Source: Blastocatellia bacterium (lineage in GTDB: Bacteria > Acidobacteriota > Blastocatellia > UBA7656). Taken from it: a stretch of DNA of 64,000 nt. This document shows, piece by piece, positions 36,352 to 46,220 of this stretch; position 1 is the stretch's first letter, and the number at the start of each line of letters is the position of its first letter. Below the pieces are notes generated by a model. That model saw only the letters and a program-made list of their open reading frames with translations. It made no database searches and was not told the DNA's origin. The stretch is from contig CAVXWP010000001.1 in the NCBI GenBank assembly GCA_963765495.1, positions 192,001-256,000 on the forward strand, read 5' to 3'. Made by a program: the position numbers and the translations under genes.

Positions 36352-38051
36352 AGGGGGCAATTGTGGCTGTTTTGTGGAAATCTACGCTGACTCTTTTATT
36401 ATCGCTGGCCGTCATATCGTGCGCCGCCGCGAGGTCTGACAATCGCTACAATGAGGCGAGCGCCTCACTCGCTCCGGTTGCGGCGGAGACAGAGCCGGCG
36501 GACGGAAAACCGATTCCGCCTGCTGTCTTTCTGGATACGACTTACACGCAATCATCGGGGCAAAAGATAGTTGTGAATGAAGGCCCTTCGGCATCCGAAA
36601 AGCTTCAGAATGCGCTCGATGAAGCCAGCCCCGGAGACGTGATCGAACTGGAGGCGGGCGCGCTGTTTATAGGCAATTTTACGCTGCCAAAAAAGAAGGG
36701 CGCGGACTGGATCGTCATACGAAGCTCGGCGACAGACGCGGGGCTTTCTGGGGAAGGCACGCGCATCGGTCCTTCGCAAAACTGGCAGATGCCGAAACTG
36801 ATAAGCTCAAACGCAAGCCCCGCGCTCGCGACCGCCGAGGGAGCGCATCACTATCGCTTCATAGGCATCGAATTTTCGATCACCTCCGATGTGCAATCAA
36901 ACCTGAACCTCATAAAACTCGGGCAGGGCGACGAGACGGATGAAGCGAGCCTCCCTCACGACATAATATTTGATCGCTGCTACATACACGGCAACCAGAC
37001 CTCCACGCTCAGGCGCGGCATAGCACTCAACAGCGCGCGAACCGCGGTCATCGATTCTTACATTTCGGATTGTCACGAAGCGGGCGCTGATTCGCAGGCA
37101 ATCGCCGGATGGAACGGGCCGGGGCCTTTCAAGATCGTCAACAACTATCTGGAAGCGTCGGGCGAAAACGTTATGTTTGGCGGCGCTGATCCGAAGATCA
37201 AAGACCTTGTGCCGTCCGATATCGAGTTTCGCCAGAATCACTGCTTCAAACCGCTCAGTTGGAAAGTCGGGCATCCGAGTTTTGCGGGTACGCGCTGGTC
37301 GATCAAGAATCTCTTCGAACTGAAAAACGCCCGGCGGGTTCTGGTCGAAGGCAATGTCTTTGAGAACAACTGGCCGGATGCGCAGACGGGTTACGCGATA
37401 CTGATCAAATCGGTGAATCAGGAAGGGACCGCGCCGTGGAGCGTAACGCGGGATGTGGATTTCAAAAACAACATCGTGCGCCACACCTCATCGGGGATAA
37501 ACATTCTGGGCCGTGACCTGGATCATCCGAGCGGAAAGATGAAACGAGTCCGCGTGACAAACAATCTGTTTGAAGATGTGAACGCTAGTACCTGGGGCGG
37601 AGAGGGAACCTTTCTGAAGATCAGCGAAACCGTCGACGTGGTCATAGACCACAATACCGTTTTGCATACGGGCAACGCGATCTCGGCTTACGGCGAAAAG
37701 AGCAGGGGGTTTGTCTTTACAAACAACGTGGTGCAGCAAAACTCCTACGGCGTTAAGGGCGACGGCACAGCCGTAGGCGATGACACGCTCGAGAAATATT
37801 TCCCGGAAGCGGTCTTCAAAAAGAACATCATCGTCGGCGCAGCCGAGTCCGAGTATCCTGATAACAACTACTTTCCGGCAACGCTCAACGATGTGAAGTT
37901 CGCAGACCAGGCGCGAGGCGATTTCCGCCTGAGCGACAACAGCGCCTTCAGAAGCGCCGGAACCAGAGACAGCGCGATAGGCTGCGATATAGAGGCTCTG
38001 CGGGCGGCAACCGCGAAAAGCGTAATCGCTCAGCTACGGGGAGACAGGTGA
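36342..38051 (+). CDS. Right-handed beta-helix protein, paralog of 17383-20076; possible lipoprotein
   Basis: Shares long motifs with the first paralog (DRCYIHG, DSQA..GWNGPGP.KIVNN.LEASGENVMFGGADP, KNL.ELKNA); AVISC lipobox-like. Confidence 0.8.
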   Translation: MLVKGAIVAVLWKSTLTLLLSLAVISCAAARSDNRYNEASASLAPVAAETEPADGKPIPPAVFLDTTYTQSSGQKIVVNEGPSASEKLQNALDEASPGDVIELEAGALFIGNFTLPKKKGADWIVIRSSATDAGLSGEGTRIGPSQNWQMPKLISSNASPALATAEGAHHYRFIGIEFSITSDVQSNLNLIKLGQGDETDEASLPHDIIFDRCYIHGNQTSTLRRGIALNSARTAVIDSYISDCHEAGADSQAIAGWNGPGPFKIVNNYLEASGENVMFGGADPKIKDLVPSDIEFRQNHCFKPLSWKVGHPSFAGTRWSIKNLFELKNARRVLVEGNVFENNWPDAQTGYAILIKSVNQEGTAPWSVTRDVDFKNNIVRHTSSGINILGRDLDHPSGKMKRVRVTNNLFEDVNASTWGGEGTFLKISETVDVVIDHNTVLHTGNAISAYGEKSRGFVFTNNVVQQNSYGVKGDGTAVGDDTLEKYFPEAVFKKNIIVGAAESEYPDNNYFPATLNDVKFADQARGDFRLSDNSAFRSAGTRDSAIGCDIEALRAATAKSVIAQLRGDR

Positions 38052-39598
38052 GATTTGTGAGGAAATTTCAGGAAGAAAGCTCTTCATTAACGATGCGGGC
38101 GGCCTATTTTTTACTGGCCAAGACGCTGGCCTTTGCCTTCAGTTTTGCGCTGCCGCTGCTTCTTGTGCGGCGATTGAGCCAGCACGATCTGGGTCTGTAT
38201 AAACAGGTCTTTCTGATCGTAGGCACCGCGATGTCGATCCTTCCGATGGGATTCGGGATGAGCGCTTTTTATTTCCTGCCGCGCGAGCGCAACCGTCAGG
38301 GACAGATCATCTTCAACATCCTGCTCTTTTACGGGCTGGTTGGCGGGCTTGCGTGTCTTGCGCTCTTTATCCGGCCCTCGCTGCTTGCCGCCGTCTTCAA
38401 CAGTTCAGAGCTTGTTCAATACGGTCCCGCAATCGGTGTCGTCTCTTTGTTGTGGATCGCCTCTTCTTTTCTTGAGATAGTCGTGATCGCGCATCAAGAG
38501 ACAAAGCTGGCATCGATACTCATCGTAGGATCGCAGTTCACAAAGGCAGTGCTGTTGTTGGGCGCGGCCATCTCAATCGGGTCGGTGGAGTCGTTGATTT
38601 ACGCGGCGGCCATTCAGGGCGCGGTGCAAACCATTATCCTCTTGCTTTACCTGCGCTCGCGTTTCGGCAGCTTCTGGCGACACTTTAGCTGGCCCGTTAT
38701 GCGAATGCAGATAGCCTATGCCTTGCCGTTCGGGTTTGCCTCGCTGCTGCTTCGCGCTCATTCGGACCTGCATAACTATTTCGTCTCTTACAAATTCGGC
38801 GCTGCCGCCTATGCCGTCTATTCGATAGGATGTTTCAACATCCTGTTTGTAGACATTCTCACAGATTCGGTCGGGGCGGTAATGTTGCCCCGCGTCAGCC
38901 ATCTGCAAAGTCAGGGCAACACACGCGAGATCATAAGCCTCGTGGCGCGAATGCTGCGCAAACTGGCTTTCATGTTCTTTCCGCTTTATGTCTTTCTGCT
39001 GGTATCGGGTCGCGAATTTATCGTCGCGCTCTTTACCGAGCAGTATCTTGAAAGCTGGCCGATATTCGCCATCAACCTGACCTTGATCCCGATGACGCTG
39101 CTTGCGAGCGCCTATGACCCCGTGATACGCGCCTACCCCGAGAACAAATATTTTCTGATAAGAGTGCGCGTGGCGCTGCTTGGCGTGCTGCTCGTCGGCC
39201 TCGTCTTTGGCACAAACCATTTCGGGCTGATAGGTGCGATAGCAGCGGTCGTGGGCGTGAGCCTGATCGAGCGACTGGTAATGGCATTCAAGGCCGGAAG
39301 AGTTTTGGGCGCGACATGGCGCGACGCGCTTTTGCTGAAAGACGTGGGCAAGCTTGCGGTGGCTTCGGTCGTCGCCGGGCTTGTCGCGTTTGTCACGCGG
39401 TCGCTTTTGCCCGACACGCTGGCGATTGTCGTGCTGATCGTGTCGGGTGTGGTCTTCTGCGCGGCTTATCTGGTGGCCGTATTATTGCTCAGAGTCGTTA
39501 TGCCCGCCGAGTGGGGAGCCGTTCGCCGCAGAATCGATATGCTGCAACGCCTGTCGCCGTGGAGGCGTCCTATAGCTCCGATAAGCGAACAAGGATGA
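38048..39598 (+). CDS. wzx: Wzx-type oligosaccharide flippase
   Basis: About 14 TMs, LVRRLS..DLGLY, YALPFG, VMLPRVS; EPS context. Confidence 0.85.
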   Translation: MRFVRKFQEESSSLTMRAAYFLLAKTLAFAFSFALPLLLVRRLSQHDLGLYKQVFLIVGTAMSILPMGFGMSAFYFLPRERNRQGQIIFNILLFYGLVGGLACLALFIRPSLLAAVFNSSELVQYGPAIGVVSLLWIASSFLEIVVIAHQETKLASILIVGSQFTKAVLLLGAAISIGSVESLIYAAAIQGAVQTIILLLYLRSRFGSFWRHFSWPVMRMQIAYALPFGFASLLLRAHSDLHNYFVSYKFGAAAYAVYSIGCFNILFVDILTDSVGAVMLPRVSHLQSQGNTREIISLVARMLRKLAFMFFPLYVFLLVSGREFIVALFTEQYLESWPIFAINLTLIPMTLLASAYDPVIRAYPENKYFLIRVRVALLGVLLVGLVFGTNHFGLIGAIAAVVGVSLIERLVMAFKAGRVLGATWRDALLLKDVGKLAVASVVAGLVAFVTRSLLPDTLAIVVLIVSGVVFCAAYLVAVLLLRVVMPAEWGAVRRRIDMLQRLSPWRRPIAPISEQG

Positions 39599-40599
39599 AG
39601 GCTATGATAGCTCGATTAAAACAGATCGCAAGAAAATCAAAGACGGGCATCATCGCCTACAGAATATATGACGACTGGTCTGCGGGCAGGCGGTTTGAGT
39701 CGGGCAAGATCGAATCAACCTCCGGCTCGACCCATCAGCAGTGGCCTCTGTCAAAGAGCCTGAGCTACATAAAAGACGTTTTCGAAGACTATCTGAAATA
39801 TGCAAACCTCGCGCCCGACGGGCTTGAAAGCAAGCGAATTCTTGAAGCCGGTCACGGAGACAATGTCGGGGTCGCGCTAAGAATGCTCGCCGCCGGAGCC
39901 CGACATGTAACCTGTCTCGACAAATTCTATTCGGAGGCCGACCCTGAACAGCAATCGGCCATCTATCAGGCGTTGAGGGAAGAACTCGACGCTCGATCCA
40001 GAGCGCGGTTTGACGAAGCGATCAGCATGGCCGGTGGGATTGAAACAAACCCCGAAAGGCTGGCCTGTGTTTACGGAAAGGGCATAGAAGAAGCCGACAG
40101 CCTGTTCGATGCCAATGGATTCGACCTGATAGTTTCGCGGGCCGTTCTGGAGTATTCGCCCGACAGCGACAGAGCCTTTGCCGTTATGAATGACCTACTG
40201 GTTCCCGGCGGCCTGATGCTTCACAAGATAGACCTCAGAGACGACGGGATGTTTAGCAGCCGGGGGCTGCATCCGCTTACGTTTCTCACGATCTCGGACA
40301 GGGTTTACCGGATGATGACTGCCCGCTCGGGCCGATGTAATCGAAAGATGATTGATTGCTATCGGCAGAAACTGGAAGCGATGAATTACGCGGCCCGGTT
40401 CTATGTGACGGGCATCATAGGGTGTGGAGAAGAGGTCACACCTCATAAGGAAAAGATCGAGTTTAATGTGGACTATGACGACTACACGGTCGCGCTCATC
40501 AATCAGATTCGACCGGACTTGATAGGAAGATACAGAAGGCTGACGGATGAAGAACTGATGGTCTGCGGCATATTTGTGGCGGCCCGAAAACCCGTGTGA
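39595..40599 (+). CDS. Class I SAM-dependent methyltransferase-like protein
   Basis: ILEAGHGD motif I, FDLIVSRAVLEY, LLVPGG...IDLRD; ATG overlaps the wzx stop codon. Confidence 0.75.
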   Translation: MKAMIARLKQIARKSKTGIIAYRIYDDWSAGRRFESGKIESTSGSTHQQWPLSKSLSYIKDVFEDYLKYANLAPDGLESKRILEAGHGDNVGVALRMLAAGARHVTCLDKFYSEADPEQQSAIYQALREELDARSRARFDEAISMAGGIETNPERLACVYGKGIEEADSLFDANGFDLIVSRAVLEYSPDSDRAFAVMNDLLVPGGLMLHKIDLRDDGMFSSRGLHPLTFLTISDRVYRMMTARSGRCNRKMIDCYRQKLEAMNYAARFYVTGIIGCGEEVTPHKEKIEFNVDYDDYTVALINQIRPDLIGRYRRLTDEELMVCGIFVAARKPV

Positions 40600-40628
40600 T
40601 CGTGTCTGTGCATAAGGTGAAAATTGTC

Positions 40629-41864
40629 ATGAGTAAGCGAACAAAGAAATATATAGAGAAGCTCATGTGGTCACTGCCGTGGCTTGCGCGCTATCCGTTA
40701 TGGCGAGCCGGTGAACTTGCGCGGCGCGCAAACGGAGCAGACAGCCCCCGCCACCTCATATTGACGATAGCAAACCATTTCGAGCCCGGATGGGATGGAA
40801 CCCGGCAGGGGCTTGACTGGCCGAGCCAGATGCTGAGGGTCGAAGACTGGCATAAGCAGGCGCGGGCGACCGGCGAGGTCATTCTTGATGCGGACGGCAC
40901 GCCGTTTCGTCACACAAATTTCTATCCGGCTGAACAGTATTACAAGCCTATGCTGGAAAAGCTGGCCCAGATGCAGGCCGAAGGTCTGGGCGAAGTCGAA
41001 ATCCACCTTCATCACGGAGTGGATGAGCCCGACACGCCTGCCTCCCTCAAACACGCGCTCGAAGACTTTCGAGATATTCTTGTCGAAGATCACAAATGTC
41101 TTTCGCGGCTTGATGACAGCGGCGCTCCGATGTACGCGTTTGTGCACGGCAACTGGGCGCTCGCAAATTCGGCCGGAGGCCGGTTCTGCGGCGTGAATTC
41201 AGAGATGCAGATACTTGCCGATACCGGCTGCTACGCCGATCTCACGCTTCCGTCCATTCACAGCCGGGCGCAGGTTGCGCGCATCAATGCCATCTATGAG
41301 TGCGGCTATCGGTTGAGCGAAGCCCGCCCGCACAGGTGGGGGAAGAACCTTCGCGCAGGCCGCCGCCCTCAACTGCCCATCCTTATCACAGGGCCAACCG
41401 TGTTTGACTGGCGGCACTGCCGTCCGGGCCGTCTGATCCCGCGAATCGAAGACGGGGTCTTAACATCGAGCTACCCTCTCGATATGGGACGCCTGCTCAA
41501 CTGGCAGAGCGCGGGCGTAAGCGTCACGGGGCGGCCCGAATGGTTATTCGTCAAGCTCTATTGCCACGGCTTCTTTCCCTCCGACGATGCGGCAACTATC
41601 GGTGAACCGATGCGCCGGTTCATGGGTGACGTTTTGGAAACATCCGAGCGCACAGGAGAGTTCAAGATTCATTTTGCGACCGCGCGCGAGGCTTACAACA
41701 TCGCGATGGCGGCCGTAGACGGGCACAAAGGCGAGCCCGGTATTTACAGGGATTATCAACTGCGCCAGATCATGCAGGGGCCGGTTACTTCGCTTTCCGG
41801 CTCTGGGAATCTATCGAATGTAGCCCACGACCCGCTGGCGCAGATTGCAGGCATAAGCAGATAA
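40629..41864 (+). CDS. Conserved hypothetical protein, possible metal-dependent (deacetylase-like) hydrolase
   Basis: Long ORF in the operon; His-rich motifs NHFEP, EIHLHH, FVHGNWAL, VKLYCHG. Confidence 0.6.
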   Translation: MSKRTKKYIEKLMWSLPWLARYPLWRAGELARRANGADSPRHLILTIANHFEPGWDGTRQGLDWPSQMLRVEDWHKQARATGEVILDADGTPFRHTNFYPAEQYYKPMLEKLAQMQAEGLGEVEIHLHHGVDEPDTPASLKHALEDFRDILVEDHKCLSRLDDSGAPMYAFVHGNWALANSAGGRFCGVNSEMQILADTGCYADLTLPSIHSRAQVARINAIYECGYRLSEARPHRWGKNLRAGRRPQLPILITGPTVFDWRHCRPGRLIPRIEDGVLTSSYPLDMGRLLNWQSAGVSVTGRPEWLFVKLYCHGFFPSDDAATIGEPMRRFMGDVLETSERTGEFKIHFATAREAYNIAMAAVDGHKGEPGIYRDYQLRQIMQGPVTSLSGSGNLSNVAHDPLAQIAGISR

Positions 41865-41911
41865 CAAACCGCGAGAGATTGGTACAAATGAATTTGAATG
41901 AAAGACAGATG

Positions 41912-41998
41912 GGAATAGGCCACGGATTCGACGGATCGGACGGATCAACACGGATTTGGTTCTATAGGGTCTGATCCGCGTCCGTCCTGGCCTATTTC
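41912..41998. repeat. MITE/REP-like element with GGAATAGGCC terminal inverted repeats (copy C)
   Basis: ggaataggcc...ggcctatttc with four acggat subrepeats. Confidence 0.85.
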
Positions 41999-42065
41999 TA
42001 GTTGCCCTGCTTTGGAGTTCGCTTGTATCGAGCCTGTGCGGTTGATTTAGAACCGGGAGATTGAA

Positions 42066-43463
42066 ATGCGCGACCTGATTGGAAAAGCACACGACCTGTT
42101 CTCAGAAAGATTATACATGCCTTTCTCACGGCTTCAGCGAATCATTCGCCCTTCGCACCGCCTGATGATGATGGCTGTAAACGCCGGTATGCGTTTTCGC
42201 AAAGAGGCCGCCGGGTGGAGCGACGACGAGAAACAAGAGTGGAGTCTGAATCGCCTGCGGTTTGCCCTGCGCCGGGCATACCGCGAGACGAGCTTTTATC
42301 GTGACCGCTTCCGCCAGATCGGGTTCGACCCGTGGATGGATTTCAGTTTCGACGATTTCAGCCGACTCCCCGTTCTTGATCGGGAAGAGGTTCAACAGGC
42401 GGGCAAGACGATGGTTTCGACCGCGATGCCCGCAAATGAATTGAGAAAAGATTCGACGGGAGGCTCGACCGGAACGCCTACCGAAATATGGACCGGCCCC
42501 GAAGAACGCGGCTGGCGCGAAGGCGCAAGAGAGTATTTCATGGAGCGAATAGGCGCGGGTACGGGCACGCGAACCGGCATGCTCTGGGGGCATCATCTGG
42601 ACCCCGTTCGAAGCGAAAGCCTGCGGGACCGCGTTTATTCGTTTGTGACAAACGTCAGGTGGTTTGATTGCTTTCGGCTTTCGCCCGATGTGCTCGAAAA
42701 ATATCACAGGGAATTCGAGCGTTACAGCCCGGCCTGCATACTCGCCTATGCAAGCGCGCTTGGACAACTGGCCGAGCACCTGCTCGAACATGGCTACAAC
42801 CCCGCCTATCCCACGCGCTGCTTTATCACGGGAGCCGAAAAACTCCTGCCTCATCATCGTGAGGCCGTCGAACTTGCATTCGGGAAATCGGTCCACGAAC
42901 GCTACGGCGGGCGCGATGTCGGATGCATGGGTTTTCAAACCAGTCCGGCTGAAACGCTCGACTACACGGTTGACTGGGGCAACATCTTTATCGAGCCTGA
43001 AACCGATGAGCCGGATTCGCCTATTCTGATCACAAAGCTCCACGCGGACGCGATGCCGATGATTCGCTATCGCGTCGGAGACATAGGCCGTTTTCCCGCG
43101 ATCAGCAAACCGGGGCATCCCACTTTTGTGCTGCACGAAGTTCTGGGCCGCGCGACCGACCGCATCTGGCTGCCAAACGCGGGCTGGATCACGGGACTGC
43201 AATTCCCGCACATGCTAAAGGATTACCCGGTCCGCGAATTCATGTTCATACAGCGCCCGGATTATTCGGTCGAATTAAAGATCGTCCCCCGTCAGGGCTT
43301 TGGCCAGGAGAGCCGCAGACAGATACTCGCTACCGTAGCCGACAACCTGCCGGGCCTCGATCTGAGCATCGAACTGGTCGAAGAGATACCGCGAACCCGG
43401 GCGAACAAACGGCGGCCCGTCATAAGCGAGGTCAATCCGATAAGGAGAAAACTGGCCTCATGA
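42066..43463 (+). CDS. Phenylacetate-CoA ligase family (CapK-like) adenylate-forming enzyme
   Basis: STGGSTGTP P-loop, ERYGGRDVG, MPMIRYRVGD, IPRT.ANK.R. Confidence 0.85.
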   Translation: MRDLIGKAHDLFSERLYMPFSRLQRIIRPSHRLMMMAVNAGMRFRKEAAGWSDDEKQEWSLNRLRFALRRAYRETSFYRDRFRQIGFDPWMDFSFDDFSRLPVLDREEVQQAGKTMVSTAMPANELRKDSTGGSTGTPTEIWTGPEERGWREGAREYFMERIGAGTGTRTGMLWGHHLDPVRSESLRDRVYSFVTNVRWFDCFRLSPDVLEKYHREFERYSPACILAYASALGQLAEHLLEHGYNPAYPTRCFITGAEKLLPHHREAVELAFGKSVHERYGGRDVGCMGFQTSPAETLDYTVDWGNIFIEPETDEPDSPILITKLHADAMPMIRYRVGDIGRFPAISKPGHPTFVLHEVLGRATDRIWLPNAGWITGLQFPHMLKDYPVREFMFIQRPDYSVELKIVPRQGFGQESRRQILATVADNLPGLDLSIELVEEIPRTRANKRRPVISEVNPIRRKLAS

Positions 43464-44878
43464 AAACTGCTGACGAATTCCGCATGGACCCTCGTGTCGG
43501 GGTCTCTGAAATAGCCGATTCCACCTACCCGTCTTTATCGGGGGCTTCAGGGGAGGCGGGGACAAGCATAGACGAGGCTATCGAAAAGCTTGCCCGGGCG
43601 CTTGGCTGGCTTGATGAAGCGCGCGGGCCGCTTGGGCGTGTAATCCCTCGCGGCGCTCGCGTTCTGATCAAGCCCAATTTCGTAATGCATGAAAACCACG
43701 GCCCGTGGGGAATAGAGCCGCTTTTGACTCACTCTTCGATCATCAAGGCGGCGGTCGAGGCCGCGCTTCGCGCCGATGCGTCCGAGGTTCTGGTAGGCGA
43801 CGCCCCCTTGCAGAGTTGCGACTTCGCCCGGTTGTTGAGCGCAACGGGACTTGACAGGTGGGCCGACCGGATGGTGAAAGCCGACACCAGGTTTATCGGT
43901 ATACACGACTTTCGCCGGACCACCTGCGGATTTGTCAACGGGGTGAGGGTCGCTTCGCAAGACCTGCAATCCGAAGATCGTTTTGTGCTGTTCGATATGA
44001 CGAGCGAAAGTCTGCTTGAGCCTGTCACGGAGGAGCAGGCAAATTTTCGAGTGACCTGTTACGACCCGCGATTGATGTCGAAAACACACCGACCGGGCCG
44101 CCATCAATATCTTGTCGCAAGAGATGTAATGGATGCGGATGTGGTAATAAATCTGCCCAAGTTAAAGACGCACAAGAAGGCGGGCGTCACCTGCGCGCTC
44201 AAAAACCTGATAGGCATAAACGGGAACAAAGAGTATCTGCCACATCATCGCGTGGGCGGAGCCAAAACAGGCGGGGATTGCTATCCGGGTGGGAGCCGCG
44301 TAAAACGCGCGCTCGAATACACGCTCGACCGGCAGAACATGGCTGAATCAATGGCCTCGGGCAGGCTGTGGAATGAAGTCGCCACAAATCTGAATCGCCT
44401 GCTGCGGCTCACCGGAGATGATCTCGGCACGGAAGGCTCGTGGTCGGGAAACGATACGATCTGGCGCACGTGTCTCGACCTCAACCGGATTCTTTTATAC
44501 GGCAAGGCGGATCGAAGCCTCGGCAATGAGCCCGCGCGCCGGGTCATCCACATAGTTGATGCGGTAGTGGCCGGGCAGGGAGACGGGCCGCTATCTCCGC
44601 AGCCGCTCGATATGGGTTTGATACTCGCGGGCGAGAACGCGGCGGCGCTCGACTGGGTAGGCGCGCGATTGCTCGGTTACTGGCCGGAACGGATTCCAAT
44701 CATACGCGAGGCATTTGGCGATTTCCGCTGGCCGCTCGCCTCGTTTGCGCCTGATGATATAACGCTGCTGGGCGATCTGGGAACGGGCAATGAAAAAGAG
44801 CGAATCGAATCGTGGAAGCGACCCGCGCCCGTCATCTATCCGGCAGGCTGGCGCGATGCCGCGCAGCAGAGCACCTGA
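43460..44878 (+). CDS. DUF362 domain protein
   Basis: VLIKPNFV, INLPKLKTHKKAGVTCALKNLIG, DAVVAGQGDGP. Confidence 0.85.
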   Translation: MKTADEFRMDPRVGVSEIADSTYPSLSGASGEAGTSIDEAIEKLARALGWLDEARGPLGRVIPRGARVLIKPNFVMHENHGPWGIEPLLTHSSIIKAAVEAALRADASEVLVGDAPLQSCDFARLLSATGLDRWADRMVKADTRFIGIHDFRRTTCGFVNGVRVASQDLQSEDRFVLFDMTSESLLEPVTEEQANFRVTCYDPRLMSKTHRPGRHQYLVARDVMDADVVINLPKLKTHKKAGVTCALKNLIGINGNKEYLPHHRVGGAKTGGDCYPGGSRVKRALEYTLDRQNMAESMASGRLWNEVATNLNRLLRLTGDDLGTEGSWSGNDTIWRTCLDLNRILLYGKADRSLGNEPARRVIHIVDAVVAGQGDGPLSPQPLDMGLILAGENAAALDWVGARLLGYWPERIPIIREAFGDFRWPLASFAPDDITLLGDLGTGNEKERIESWKRPAPVIYPAGWRDAAQQST

Positions 44879-44920
44879 GATTTGAGATTTGAGATTTGAG
44901 GTTTGAGATTTGAAATCTCA
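44876..44920. repeat. Heptamer array (TGAGATT)5 closing in a short hairpin
   Basis: tgagatt x3, tgaggtt, tgagatt, then tgaaatctca. Confidence 0.85.
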
Positions 44921-44973
44921 GAAGTGCTCAAGTTCATTTGATCGAAAAAAGGGCTTATTAAAGGGGCTTAAAT

Positions 44974-46155
44974 TTGAAACCGGCAGTTCTTCAACTGATA
45001 GACAGTTTTCGCCAGGGCGGGTCCGAGCGGCAGGCCGTGCAGCTTGCGCGACTCTTGAAGGTGAGCGGGCGGTTCCGCGTTCACGTAGCCTGCCTTGATG
45101 CGAGCGGCCCTCTGCGCGATGAAGTAGACGGCCTCAACCCTGGTGACATCCCGGAATACCGCCTGACGAACTTCCGCAACCCTCAGACGCTTGCGCAGGT
45201 GTGGCGGTTTGCTCGCTATCTGAAACGGATGAATATAGCGGTAGTGCATACGCACGACTTTTATACGAATATCTTTGGCATGTTCGGGGCGGCGCTTGCG
45301 GGCGTGCCTGCGCGAATCGCGTCGCGTCGCGAATCGGCCAAACGCGCGCCGGGCAAAAGGCGGCTTGAGCGCGCGGCTTATCGGCTGGCGCACAGAGTTG
45401 TCGCCAACTGCGAAGAGGTCAGGCGGCAGTTGATCGCCGAAGGCGTTAGCGAGCAAAAAATCCTCACGAGTTACAACGGATTGGATATCGAGCGGATCAA
45501 CCCCGGACAGGTTTATCGCCGCGATGAGGTGCTCGCGCTTCTCGGGCTTTCCGGCCTGGGCGAGCGCCCGATAATCACAATCGTGGCCAACATACGCGCC
45601 GTCAAAGATCACGCCACATTTTTGCGCGCGGCCCGGCGCGTGCGTGATCGAAAGCCTCAGACGGCCTTTGTGGTCGCGGGCGACGGGGATTATATGGAGC
45701 CGGTGCGCGGTCTTATCTCACGACTCGGGCTTGAGCAGGATGTTTACCTGACGGGGCGATGCAGCCGTGTGGCGGAGTTGCTGGCCGCCTCTGATGTCTG
45801 CGTATTGAGTTCGAGGTCCGAAGGTTTTTCAAATTCGATACTCGAATACATGGCCGCAGCGCGTCCCGTAGTAGCTACGGATGTCGGCGGCGCTCGCGAG
45901 GCGATTGTCGAAGGTGAGACGGGGCATCTCGTCCCGGCAGGCGATGACGAAAGGATGGCAGCGCGAATACTTTCTCTGCTCGACGATCCGGCCCGCGCTC
46001 GACGGATGGGCGAACGCGGGCAGACGTTAGTGAAGCGAACATTTTCCTGCGAGGCGCAACTCGAACGCACCGAGCGACTTTATCAACAATTGCTCGCACC
46101 ATTCGAGCCGGGCATTGTGAAAGAGGCCGGAATGGCCGAGCGCGAGAGCGTGTGA
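44974..46155 (+). CDS. Glycosyltransferase family 4
   Basis: GGSERQ, KDHATFL, EGFSNSILEYMAA, TDVGG; TTG start. Confidence 0.9.
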   Translation: MKPAVLQLIDSFRQGGSERQAVQLARLLKVSGRFRVHVACLDASGPLRDEVDGLNPGDIPEYRLTNFRNPQTLAQVWRFARYLKRMNIAVVHTHDFYTNIFGMFGAALAGVPARIASRRESAKRAPGKRRLERAAYRLAHRVVANCEEVRRQLIAEGVSEQKILTSYNGLDIERINPGQVYRRDEVLALLGLSGLGERPIITIVANIRAVKDHATFLRAARRVRDRKPQTAFVVAGDGDYMEPVRGLISRLGLEQDVYLTGRCSRVAELLAASDVCVLSSRSEGFSNSILEYMAAARPVVATDVGGAREAIVEGETGHLVPAGDDERMAARILSLLDDPARARRMGERGQTLVKRTFSCEAQLERTERLYQQLLAPFEPGIVKEAGMAERESV

Positions 46156-46220
46156 CAAACACCGGGGCAAACAAGCCGATGAACGAGCGGACGAACGAAT
46201 AAGGGGAAGGGTTACAGGTA

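Noticed and set aside
35038-38051. A true alginate operon
   Set aside because: No alg8/alg44/algK/algE homologs; the machinery is Wzx/Wzy type.
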